The notes under the pieces were generated by a model that saw nothing but the letters and a program-made list of their open reading frames with translations, made no database searches and was not told where the DNA came from. 64,000 nucleotides of DNA from Pocillopora damicornis (taxonomy: Eukaryota), in assembly GCF_003704095.1 (NCBI RefSeq), contig NW_020844410.1:62001-126000 (forward strand), given 5' to 3'. The translations under genes were made by a program, and so were the position numbers. Shown here piece by piece: positions 50,701 to 62,400 of this stretch (position 1 is its first letter; each line of letters starts with the position of its first letter).

Positions 50701-51707
50701 TCTGAAACGAAAAGGGCAGAGTAAAAAGATCAAGGTTGAAAGTCCAAAGCAGGCATTCACTAGTTATTTGTTTATGAGGTAAAAAACATCATTCTCAAGA
50801 CAGAGTGAAGGCAAACTGGTCTCCTTGAGACTAACAAACTCTAAATCATCCTTGTGTTTACTATTACAATTAACCCTTGCACCCCACAAGTGATTGACAT
50901 GCAACTTCTCTTAATGATATCCTTATCTTTTCTAGCAAACAAGTAATGAGAATACTCAAACTTATCAGGTAGAAGTTTTTGTCTTGATCTAACACCAAAT
51001 TCTCATAACTGATACACAAGGAAACGTGAAGCCGCCAGAGGCAAGAATTGATAATCAGATCTTGGCAGTTTAAGGGTTAACACTCCTATTGACCGATGGT
51101 CGTAGCAAAATATTGTCAGCATTTACACGAGTTGGGAATTTTCGCTTCCTGTAAATGTATAAAAGGTTACGCATCGAGTGTTTCGCATTCTTGCAATTCA
51201 GTACCTCCGCGTGTGAATGTATGCTTTGAAATTCGCTGAACTACACGTATAGGAGAAACTACGATTGAAAAGCACATGACCACATGCACATGTAGTTATA
51301 ACACATGAACTAAATGTATACTGGGTAAAAATTCGTCACAGCTACAATGCTAAGCAGTTATACATGTATAATACTGAAATTTGTAGGATGTTTCGAGTGC
51401 ATATTTCTCTTCGTAGCTTCAGCCTTCTCATTGTTGGTATTCCTGCCGTATGCAAGTCAAGTGATAAGCACTAACTATGAAGCAGCGAAGTCATTCATTT
51501 ATACTATCAAAGTAACAAAGTGTAATCGCAGAAAACTTTCAAATGCTGTCTGATATACCGGAAGTCCATAGGTTGCTTCAATGGAAGTGAACGATCATGA
51601 TCACGATTACTCTCTCGCAACAAACACGCCACCGCAAAGATTAATCTCTAATTTAGCTTTAGCTTACCACAAACGGCCTCTTTAACATCCTTGCCGACTG
51701 GATCCAT
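44726..51707 (-). CDS. SKAP2: Src kinase-associated phosphoprotein (SKAP1/SKAP2-like) adaptor: dimerization helix, PH and SH3 domains, ~685 aa
   Basis: Exons 51707-51668, 50701-50459, 50210-49872, 48814-48668, 47363-47143, 46471-46120, 45835-45440, 45045-44726 (2058 nt, phase-consistent). N-terminal KEAVCEAEKFFSVTLAKEKLSPAAEIERTLLADKFRKLK matches the SKAP dimerization domain. PH: GFLNKRRKE...FQKRFCVVRNHAMYYFKDKK. SH3: [30 protein letters not shown]...WWIG...GLVPKKYVMEAY (last exon not in the ORF track). Confidence 0.88.
45073..45265. mobile_element. Degenerate copy of the 50870-51080 MITE
   Basis: Shares ctagcaaacag/agaatattcaaacttatca/agagaattaacaa segments with 50870-51080 and ends aaaggttga. 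Confidence 0.6.
49170..49530. other. Assembly gap (N run) in a SKAP-like intron
   Basis: N run. Confidence 0.99.
50870..51080. mobile_element. TTAA-ended MITE (second subfamily) in SKAP intron 1
   Basis: Perfect TTAACCCTT...AAGGGTTAA termini. Related copies at ~45073-45265 and, in reverse orientation, ~61400-61605. Confidence 0.75.
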
Positions 51708-51944
51708 CAATATTTCGCCTAAAACGAAAGCCAAACTACCAAACTAACAAAAAATACATTGCCTTCTACACAAATAAACAATCACTTTCCGCACAAGCTT
51801 CGCCGCATAACACATTCAACATGTATTATGGGTAACATTCATATTTCCTCGTACTCAGTCCCGCTCAGTCATTTGTTTCTCGGAAATAAAAAAAAAATGC
51901 TCAAGTAGGCAAATTCCCAGAATTCTACGCTCATAACATACAAA
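51708..51944. promoter_or_regulatory. Putative bidirectional promoter shared by SKAP-like and DXO
   Basis: The divergent ATGs are only 237 bp apart. ZNF143/Staf-like sites TTCCCAGAAT (~51914) and, on the minus strand, TTACCCATAATAC (~51823-51835). ETS-type CCGGAAGT nearby at 51558-51565. Confidence 0.6.
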
Positions 51945-54900
51945 ATGTCGTCTTTAGGATCGGAAAATCGTATGGAACCCTTTTTTGTTTCATCTTGGAG
52001 GCCCAACTCTAACCTACCGGTGCGATACGGTCATAGCGAACTTGGTTTCTTTTCGATTGACGAAGAAAGGCACTTCTTACCAAACAAATGTAAACTTGGG
52101 ACGTTGCAGCTACCACAGAACTGTGATAGCCTCGATATAGATTTAAATGTGGGATTTGAGCAATGGAAAGATCTCCCAAACGTCCAACAACACCTTGATT
52201 CCATGCTGCAATGGATTCTACTGAACAAACAATTGATGACGAGAACAGGTGACTTCCGCTCGAGCAAGGATGGTGGCAGGTACTTTCACGTAAAATAATA
52301 GCTTGTATTTCTGAACTGCAGCGATACAACAAATAGTTAAGCACTGTTCTGCACTCTTAGAGTATGGGAGAAGGTTAACAGTTTTTTTATTATCATGCGC
52401 AACTGAAGAGGAGCGAGACCCTCGTGAAATGAGTGGAGATGGAGATGAAGGAGTAGGCTTCCCTTTTTTCTACTACGTAAAAAAAATGTTCTTCTTGTTG
52501 TTGAATTGAATAAGCCGATAGCAGGGTAGCTTTCAGTAATCGCCATTTCTTTTTATCAGTTCCAAGCGAATATTAACAGAACCAATAATTTTACTTGCTG
52601 ACTACCCAACTGCGATTACAAAATGATACTCAGAATAACGATCCAAACGGCGCATAGAATGCCTGCTGGGATTGCCAAAGTGATGCGAGTGTCTTCTTTC
52701 ACACTATTGTTGGTCTCCTCCATTTGAGTAAAATCGCAGAATCTTTCATTGCAGCTGAAACTTTCACCTCGATTTCGAAGAGTGACCGGGAGAGATAAAT
52801 GAGTGAGGGTTTAAGGACAAATATTGGCATGAGGAAAGGTTTAAATTGAACTACCACAGCAAAATTTTAATATGTATACAGCTGACTTGGAACTAATTCC
52901 AGTCGAGTTTTGCAGCTAAACCTGTCTGGACATTTTAAGCAGATTTATGTCGTTGACGGAAAAAGCTTCTTCTTTCTCAGTTGCCAAATTATGCAATGGA
53001 AACATTGACTATGCAAGGGAGACTTTTTAATATGTCTTTTTTCTTATGCCCCAGTTAATCTTTTCTTCTAGACTGGATGTGGACTTTGTCACGTCGCGTG
53101 GTAATCTGGCGCGTATCCTTAACATTTGGAGCGGAAAAGATGGCAAAGGCCGAAAGTGGACCCTTTTGGCCACTCGCTACAGAGGAACAGTTTACCTGAG
53201 CCACATCGAAGATAATCGAGACGATGAAATGTCGTCCTTTGCTCGAAGGGTTTGTTACTGGGGAAAAAGGTTTGAAGTGGAAGTCACTGCACCCGCAGAA
53301 GAAGACTCGCTCCCAGGCTATTCGCGTGGAAATAAAGAGGAACGATATGGTCCTATGAAAGCTTACCCAGGGTTCTTTTCAGTCGTAAGATTTCAGTTGG
53401 AAGGTCATAAGATTGCGCTAAGAGCTGAAATTGATGCCCAAACGCAAGTAAGTGATTCTGACATAATTAAAGGTTCCGATTAATTAGGAAAGGAACGCCT
53501 TATACCACTTTCCAAACTTTAGATATTTTTACAAACTAACTTGAGAAGACACTCTGGACCCTGCAGTATCACTGCAGGGCCCAGAGATTGACGAAAATCG
53601 GACATGAAACGTCGAGCTCGACCCGTTTAAATGGACAGAACATACACTTGATTTCTGGGTGGAGCAGTTTTATTGTTAACTGCGCAGATACTTGAGAGAA
53701 TTATGCCCCACGTCGATTAAATTTCATCAAAGAAATTCTTTGAGAGTATACTTCTGTTTCGACTAAGTTTCGACTGGTTTGCGAAGATCTGAAGTGACAA
53801 GAAAACATTACTAAACATTACTCTTCCGCTTGATTTTTCAGGCTCTGGATGAGCTTCAAATTCCAGACTACGTTGAACTCAAAGTTACGACCGAAAATAT
53901 TGTGCGGGCTACTTGGGCGTTTAAACGAAAGAGACTAGTACCCTGGTGGTGTCAATCAATCATTTCAGGAACGCCGCTTATTGTGTACGGTATCCGAGAC
54001 TACGATGGTCACGTGAAACGTATCCAGCACGTGAGAACTGACGAGATACCTGATGAGGTTGGGCATGAAAATCTCGACAAAGATGGGTGTTTGATGTTCT
54101 TGAGTGATGTGCTCTCTTGGATGAAAGACATCGTGTTCGAAGAGGACACCATGGCTGTCTATACCTTTCAGTGGGATCCAAACGCGCCTGCTAATGGCGT
54201 GACGGTGAGCGCGTTGCGTGACACACAGAGCACTTTCTTGCCTGATTGGTACTTGAATGAGATGGAAGATTATTTTGCGAGTCTTTGTGACCAACGGCAA
54301 AGCAAAGGCCAGAAAAGAAAAATGGAGGACGAAAGTCAAAATAAAGATCGAAAGGAAGGAATGAAGGATATGCGTAAACGACTTGAAGAATCTTGGCCAA
54401 GAACAACGGAGTCTGGAAAGTCGGACTATCATGAGAACATGCAACGAAGGAATTTATCCCACCCCACGGCGCGGAGGTCGTATGACGACCGCGATCGCGG
54501 AAAAGCAACGCAGGTGTTGTCGCATGACACACCTGATGAGGGGCGCCGCCCAAAAAGAGAATCGTCCCAAAGAGGAGATTTCAAAAGAGAACATCACGCG
54601 TCAAGCGTGGCCTATAGAAATGATACCGAACGTGCCATTGGAACTGAGACGCGACTTCATCTTGGTAGAACTAGCACTCGTGATGATCACCGGCACCCAT
54701 CGCCACAGTTTCATCAAAGTAACAGGAAGCAACTTGATAAAGTTACAAGATCTGAAAGATACCGTCGAGAGGAGGAAGATCAGAGACGGCCACGGTCGTG
54801 GTCGGTTATGTCGCCACGTATGGAAACACATTCCCTAAGATCGGGTAATAAAGGTTATCCTTTTGCCGATGCTGAACGGAAATCAGAAGAGTCAAGAGTT

Positions 54901-54948
54901 AAACGACCCAAGCGAGACTCGGAGCATCGAGGTTTCAGAAGACACTGA
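51945..54948 (+). CDS. DXO: DXO/Rai1-family decapping and 5'-3' exoribonuclease with a long Arg/Glu/Ser-rich C-terminal extension, ~605 aa
   Basis: Exons 51945-52279, 53072-53447, 53842-54948 (1818 nt). Family motifs in order: ELGFFS, DFVTSRG, ATRYRGTVYL, YWGKRFE, AEID, YVELK, WWCQS...G...IVYGIRD. Confidence 0.88.
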
Positions 54949-55249
54949 TATTCATATCGGAACTTCAAAAAAGAACCTTTAAATCGAAATTCAGTTACCT
55001 ATAAACAATCTTCACAAAAATAGGAAAACATAGCGCGTGAGGAAATGCAAGATATTTTTTGTTGAAAGTACATTTTAGGAACGTTTAAGTATTTTTCACT
55101 TTGTTTGATACAAATGTACATTTGTAATAATCATTCTCTGTCATATTTAGTCTAGACGTATTTGAGGCTACCACCTCTATTTTTAATCGAGATTTAAAAG
55201 AGTCGATTATCCAAACAACCAATGTATTTTATAGACAATCTTTTAACCA

Positions 55250-55281
<32 letters not shown>

Positions 55282-56119
55282 AAGAAAACAACAGAAAAGC
55301 CTTGTTTGGTAAGGACCGTTGGTAAAAATTTTGTACCATACAAACAAAATCTGGTGAAAAATACACCGCGAGGTGCTTACTAAATACATTTCGTGTTCCG
55401 AACTCAAAGAAGGCGGAAAAAAAAAAGATAACTCAAATTCAGTAGATATAAGTAGGGATACATGCATGAAAAATAAAACTACACTTTTATTAAGAGTGTA
55501 AGTATCTTTCACAGCATTAAAACGTTCAAAAAGCATGAAGCAAGAAGTCTTTTGTGCGAAGATCAGGTCACCTGTTGATAGTATTTTACGAGGAATTATC
55601 GGTTTTGTTGACTCTACATTGACTCAAGAGTTTTATTGAGGTTCTCTTGCTAATGTGAGTGATAAATTATGAGGGCCACAAGTGAAAGTAACGTAGAAGA
55701 GCATAGCTCTTGGCTTTCCTAGATCACTGTAATGGTAGGTGAATGAGTGTGGCTATTAAAATTCTTTGTGCACTACACGTGAAGTTGCGCTTGAACTTCA
55801 GTGCCAGACCTCTAGCAGACCTCTTGCGCTCGCCGATTCGAGTAGCTCAGCGCCGCTCATAATTCCCCGCGGGCGATCAGACGCTTGTGCCGAAGCGGTG
55901 ATAATAAGCGCCTAGTTACAGGCTATTGAGTGCTACACGGCTTAGGAAAGCTACTGACCATATAGTCGTTCTATTTTGTTAAAATTGCTCAAATTGCTCA
56001 TCAGTTTTGCTCAAATTGATGCTCATGCTGTGAAATTGTCAAGGTGAGTGACAAAAATGTGTTATGGGGCGTGTGAAGGAGGAGCGTGGGGGTGTGGGGT
56101 GTGGGGTGTGTGTGTGTGT

Positions 56120-56447
56120 NNNNNNNNNNNNNNNNNNNNNNNNNNNNNNNNNNNNNNNNNNNNNNNNNNNNNNNNNNNNNNNNNNNNNNNNNNNNNNNNN
56201 NNNNNNNNNNNNNNNNNNNNNNNNNNNNNNNNNNNNNNNNNNNNNNNNNNNNNNNNNNNNNNNNNNNNNNNNNNNNNNNNNNNNNNNNNNNNNNNNNNNN
56301 NNNNNNNNNNNNNNNNNNNNNNNNNNNNNNNNNNNNNNNNNNNNNNNNNNNNNNNNNNNNNNNNNNNNNNNNNNNNNNNNNNNNNNNNNNNNNNNNNNNN
56401 NNNNNNNNNNNNNNNNNNNNNNNNNNNNNNNNNNNNNNNNNNNNNNN
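56120..56447. other. Assembly gap (N run) after a (GT)n repeat, upstream of AGXT2
   Basis: N run. Confidence 0.99.
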
Positions 56448-56479
56448 TTTTTATTTTCGAACAAATCTGTGAGCGGAAT

Positions 56480-59400
56480 ATGTTTTCAAAGCGTCTAGTT
56501 TTGAGCCAGAGAGGCTGTCGTGCGGCATTTTTCGGGCTTCAGAATGTTCAAAGAGGCTTCGCTACTTCTTCAGGTATAGTTCTATGCTCTTTTTACTGAT
56601 CAATTCCGGTGAACCAAGATTTTTTGCCCAGACTGGTTGAAGGTCGGCTAAACGTGCACGACCTCTTGTTCGCGTCTAAAGCGGATATAGTCATTGGCGA
56701 TGTTTACTTTACTTTATTCGCCTTGAGATCCCTTTAAACTTTGTTGCAAATAAAAAGAATTGATTTTTACTAAAGATTTTGTCTAGAAAGCCAAGTTTTC
56801 TTTAAAAATCTGACCGATTATCATGATGAGTCTTTACAGTGTTGTTGTCACACAATAACTCGTTCGCGTCCGAAGCAGTTAGAGTCATTGGTGATGTTTA
56901 CTTCGCTTTATTCACCTTACAAGATCGAACGTATTAGAGGAACATTGTTGACAGAGATGAGTTTAAAACTAACTCTGGGTTCATAGAAACTTCGTATGCA
57001 ACGAAAGCTAGGTAAAGTCCTTGTATATGCGCAGTTGTTGTTAAAGCACTAGAGCTGAAATCAAATTCAAAATTAGGCGCTTACTTTAAAGGAAGTTTCG
57101 GTCATCGGTGGTCCTCGCAAGCCTTTGATTCTAGAGAAGAACATCGTAATTGCACTACCGAATCGGTACAGATGGGAGAGAGAGAGCGAATTAAACAGAT
57201 TAATAATGGTGATATGATTTAGTGGAGTTTAGTTCGGTCCGTGATATATGAATGATCATTCGACGACTGTGAAGCGGCAGACGACCGATTTATCAATCAC
57301 GAGTAAGACTATTGACAGAACTGGACGTCCTATCAACAGTTAATCAAAACTATGTCAAAATTTGACATGTAAACAAGCCATCGAGCATGCTATTCCATAA
57401 ATGAAACAACCGTTCAATTGGCTAAATTAGCGGCAACAGCGCACACACGACGTGTACTGTCCAATTCTATATGTAGAAGCATGATGCGAATATTTTCTAA
57501 TTACAATGTTCAGTTACAAGCATGATGGTCCTATTTTAATAATGGTAACAGGAATGAGTGCAGTCTGTAATCATACAATCATACAAGTGTTTAACAAAAT
57601 TGGATGACCCCAACGGTCACTTACACCCATAACACAAACATTGTTCTTTATTTGCTAATGGCACAGACTAAGAGGAGTCCGTTTTGTATGTCATGATACA
57701 TTTACTAGTGATTAAGGCTAGCAGGGACTGCTTCAGTCAAATTAAAAGCTTCAAGGAATCACAAAATTTCATTTTATATTTTGTCAATTGTCCATATAAA
57801 CTTGATTCAAGGGATGTCTGTACCTGGTATTTGAACTTTTGAAATTATTAAGGTAATTCTAGCTGTTTCATTGTTACAATAGAGAGTCACTCCCTGGTAT
57901 AACATGGGCTTATTTTAATTTAAGAGAGTGACCTTCAGGTATGCATACAAGTCATGTATTGTGGCACTGTTTTTTCATTGGTTTGAATTTCGATTCATTT
58001 TTGCAGATGCAAGGTTTTGTTTATCTGTGAGTCTAGTGACTCTGAACTGAAGCAAATTGCAAGTCAAACAATATGTGAAATTAAATAAAACAGCACAGAA
58101 AGTTTCATTTTGAGATGTAAACACAATGACAGTAACAAATATTTGTTTGGGTTCCTAGGACCTCTACTGCAGAAGACGGCACCTCTTGATCCAGGACTGG
58201 AAATGCCACAATGTGATTATGAACCTGAACAGTACCAGGTGGTACACATTAAATTAATTTTAAACCATACTTAGTATAGTTCAGCTCTCACCACGGCAAT
58301 GGAGACTGTAGTTCTAAGTCACAAAGACATATCTGGAGTTAATTTTTTTTTTACCTGCAAAGGATGAGCAACAAATCAATCTTCAAAGTTGAATAGCAAG
58401 TTGAGAAGCCTTAGGTTAAAGTCTCAAAAAGTAATTTAATGTGTTGAAAAGGCATTAAAATAAGCCTTCCAGGTGGGGATTGCTACAACCAGCGAAGCTA
58501 TGAGGCCTACATGGGGTAAAAGTTAAAACATTTGGCTTCTCTGCCCTATTAAAGACAAACTTGTTAATTAGGCTTTACTTTCAGCATTCCAAGTGTTTTG
58601 AATTTGTAGAGAATTGTGTACATTTATCACCTTTGTTTGAGTGATATGTATGTGTATTTGTGAACTCTACTGTTACTTTTTTATTCGTAAGATCTCATTA
58701 ATAATTCTCTTTAATGTCTGCCATATAATTCATAGGATGTTAGTTTGGAGAATTTGAAGTTGGATCAACTAAAAATTTCTCTTTATTCTCATCACTTGTC
58801 TGCTTGATCTTGAATTGATATTGTAAGGAGAAATTCTTTCTTGGTCACTCATGCAAATTAAAGGGGTGATCAACACTTAAATTCTCAATTTTGATATGCT
58901 CTCAGGTAGACATGTAATGAGAATTTATAGTATGAATCAATGATAGAAAATAGCTTTGATGTAACTTTAAATTATTAAATAAAGGTGTGTTTGTTTGCTC
59001 TGATTTATCAGGGAATCTCATTTGAACATGCTAAAGAAGTGAGGAAAACCTATCTGAATCCAGCTTTGTTTTCATATTACAAGGAACCAGTGTTTATTTG
59101 CAAGGTACAGTTATGGATTTTCACAGATATACTCAAGTCAGGACGGCACAGTGTTATTGTGTTTCCCTACCACACCCCAATTAATCATGGTCCTTTTTAG
59201 AAAAGAAACTCTCATGACAAGTCTCATGAAACTCTGTGAAGATGACAAGCACTTGTAAAATTTTTTTAGCTACACCCTGTATACTGGTCAGGAATAAATT
59301 TTATCAGCTTATTCAGGAGAATCCTGATTTGCATGTATATCACACATACTTTTATTGCCAAAAGTGTGTGATTCCCTAACTAGTTTCTTTTAAGACCTGG

Positions 59401-62400
59401 TTAGTTGATCACCTTACAATAATCTCCCAGAAAATGATAATTTTTGAGGGACAGCTAGTCCTGGCAGATTACCCCACCTAACTGTGGTTATTTCAAATGC
59501 CACCACTCACTGAATTAAATAATTGTTATTATAAAAGATCATTTAATACCCAACTGCAATAAAAATTGCCCTAGACTTCTTAACATGTTGTGATTTTTAG
59601 GGTCACATGCAGTGGCTCTGGGACAGTGCTGGAAAAAGATACTTGGATTTATTTGCTGGTATTGTGACAGTCAGTGTAGGACATTGTCATCCGTAAGTTT
59701 TGGTGAATTGTTGAATTATCTTAGAAAATTAACTGTAGACAGTAGTCATGACTGGTGCTTGCTTACATCTTCACTCCCTGGGGTACAACCAAAAAAATGA
59801 AGTTCTTCTGATGATATTCATGTGTTTTTAAGCACTGAAAGATGATGGTATGTAAGGGAAATATCATTAAGGGAATATCACTCAATTTCTCTGATCTAAA
59901 TTAAATTAACAGACATGTGTGGTAGAGAGTACTGAGAATTAACTTTAAAATCTTGGGCAAGAAAGGGTTAAGATAATTTCTAGTAGTAGGGTTATACAAT
60001 ACATTAAATCTTGTGTTTAATGTATATCTCCATCTCTGAATAGTCGAGAAGCCCTTCAGTTTATGATAACTGATAAAAATCTTTGTTACTCCGCAGTCAT
60101 GTGACCAAAGCTGCAAAAGACCAGTTGGATAAATTGTGGCATACGACTAACATATATTATCATCCAACCCTCCATGAATATGCAGAGCTTATGGCATCAA
60201 AACTTCCTGGAAACCTTAAGGTAAACTGAAACTAGGGTTTTTAGATAATAAATAGGTTCAGAAAATTTTGGTTGTTCAGTACTTAGTATTTAAATGAAAG
60301 GAGTCTCTGAGAATATTAGAAGGTTAATGGGGTTGGGTTCATTAGAGCCAGTGTAGATATCCTGTTAATAAACAATTTGCAACATCTAACAATGTTTCCC
60401 TCAACTTCAGTGAGTTCTATTTTAGTGTTGTAACCCTCATTGAATGAGATACAATTCTGTAAAGGGTTTCGTGGTTTCCTGAAATGTTAAATGTCAGGAA
60501 ATTGGTCAATTAATTATCCATTTATGCATGATCACTCTGATAGGACTCACAATGTCAATTAATTTAACACTGAATATTCAACTTAGAAGGAATTTAGGCA
60601 GCCAAACTTTATTTTTCAGTGCATCCCTTAATCACTGTTTTGGTTCATTCATTAATTCCATTTTTATTTGATTATGTCTTTGTAAGTTTATTTTTATTTT
60701 ACAAAGTGTGATCTAATCTAACCCTGAGATTTTTTTATGACAGACTCTTCCTTTAATTGCCTGTGATGTTACAACTAGGAAGATATTGTTGTTTACTTTG
60801 AACAAGGCAGATCCATAGCTCTCTTGAGCTACAGTGTAGCTAGTCAGGTTATTAGGTAGGGAAATATGCTTTGAGCCTTTTTTTCCTTTTAAAAATAGAC
60901 AGTGTGTGACTGTGGTAAATAATATCATATAATATAGTTGCTAGACATTTAAAATCTTCTACCATTGACTATTTGAGTTGTTTTGCCCACTGACCAAAGG
61001 CAAACAACATCCTCTAGCTTGGAAAGATTATTATCATTGGGCTTGAAGACAAATAAAAATGGCATTTACTACTTCTGTTCAAGCAAACCTGCGAGAATGG
61101 CAGGATCAATATGTAATGCCCTAAATTTTTGTACACAGAAGTATGTACATAGTGTAGTTCAAGAGAATCACCTTAATTGTCTCGTTGTAGTTATGCAATA
61201 ATTGGGATCCAAATTTTATGTACTACATTTTATGTTTTTATTTTAGAATTTGCAGGAAGTTCTTTCTTTTTCACTAGGTGTGCTACTTTGTAAACAGTGG
61301 CTCAGAAGCTAATGATATGGCCATCATGATGGCAAGAGCTCACACTGGAAACTTTGATTTCCTTTCTCTGAGGTAAACTGTGGAGCGATAAACACTAATA
61401 AAAACTCCCAAGATCTGATTTTTATCTCTCCCCTCTAACTGATACACATTTCTTTGCAAATTAGTTACAAGAATTTGGTGTTAATTCAAGAAAACCATTT
61501 TTTACCTAATAAGTTTGAGTATGCTCATTACCCATTTACTGGAAAATGTATGGAAATTCTAGGGAGAAGTTACATGTTAATCACTTCTGGGAGTTGAAGG
61601 GTTGAAAGAGATGACATAGCATTAGAAATGGTTGACCTTTTAAACTCACAACATAATAATGATTATGATAATTTCCCTTTCAACGTCTTCAGCCACGCTC
61701 TTAGCTCATCAGGGACATCTACCGACCCCAAACTTAGTAAAAAAAAAAGGAAAGAAATCACCTGATGTGTACAATATGTGGATATGTTGATTTGAACTGT
61801 GTTGAAATTAGCAGGATTCATTTGGTTTCTTTTGTGGATTTGTAATAGAAATGCATATCATGGTGCCAGTCCATACACTCTGGGGATTCTTGCTCACAGC
61901 ACATGGAAACTCAATGTCCCAGTGGGATTTGGATATTTTCAGGTAAACGGCGAAAAGAAGTTACTTGTAAATGTCATTTGATAACGTCTGCAGTTTTTGT
62001 TTCGATGTAAATATTCTCGAGTCCTTCTGCTCTGCTGGGTTGTAATGTTTTTAAAACGCTTATCTCCCCAGACTATGAACCCAGATGTGTACCAAGGACC
62101 CTGGGGCGGAGCTAACTGCCGTGACTCGATAGCACAGGTTGATGGGAATTACCGCAGCGTTTGGTGTAACTCACTTTATCATTGTTTCATTGTTCATCCA
62201 TCTACCATCTATTAAATCATTCATTAATTCGTTCAATCTTTCGTTTCTCGTGCTTTATTCGTTTGTGTAATCCACTCGTTTGTTAATTTATCTCTAATTT
62301 ATGAAATGTATTTATTCATTTATCGACAGACGGACAGAACATGTAATTGTGCGGCAGGTAAACCTTTCTTGAAACAAAAGAAAAAAATTCTATTAATAGA

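Noticed and set aside
53965-54838. Several overlapping or antisense ORFs within DXO exon 3, and similar shadow ORFs over the anoctamin exons
   Set aside because: Expected shadow frames of GC-richer coding sequence; no independent features.
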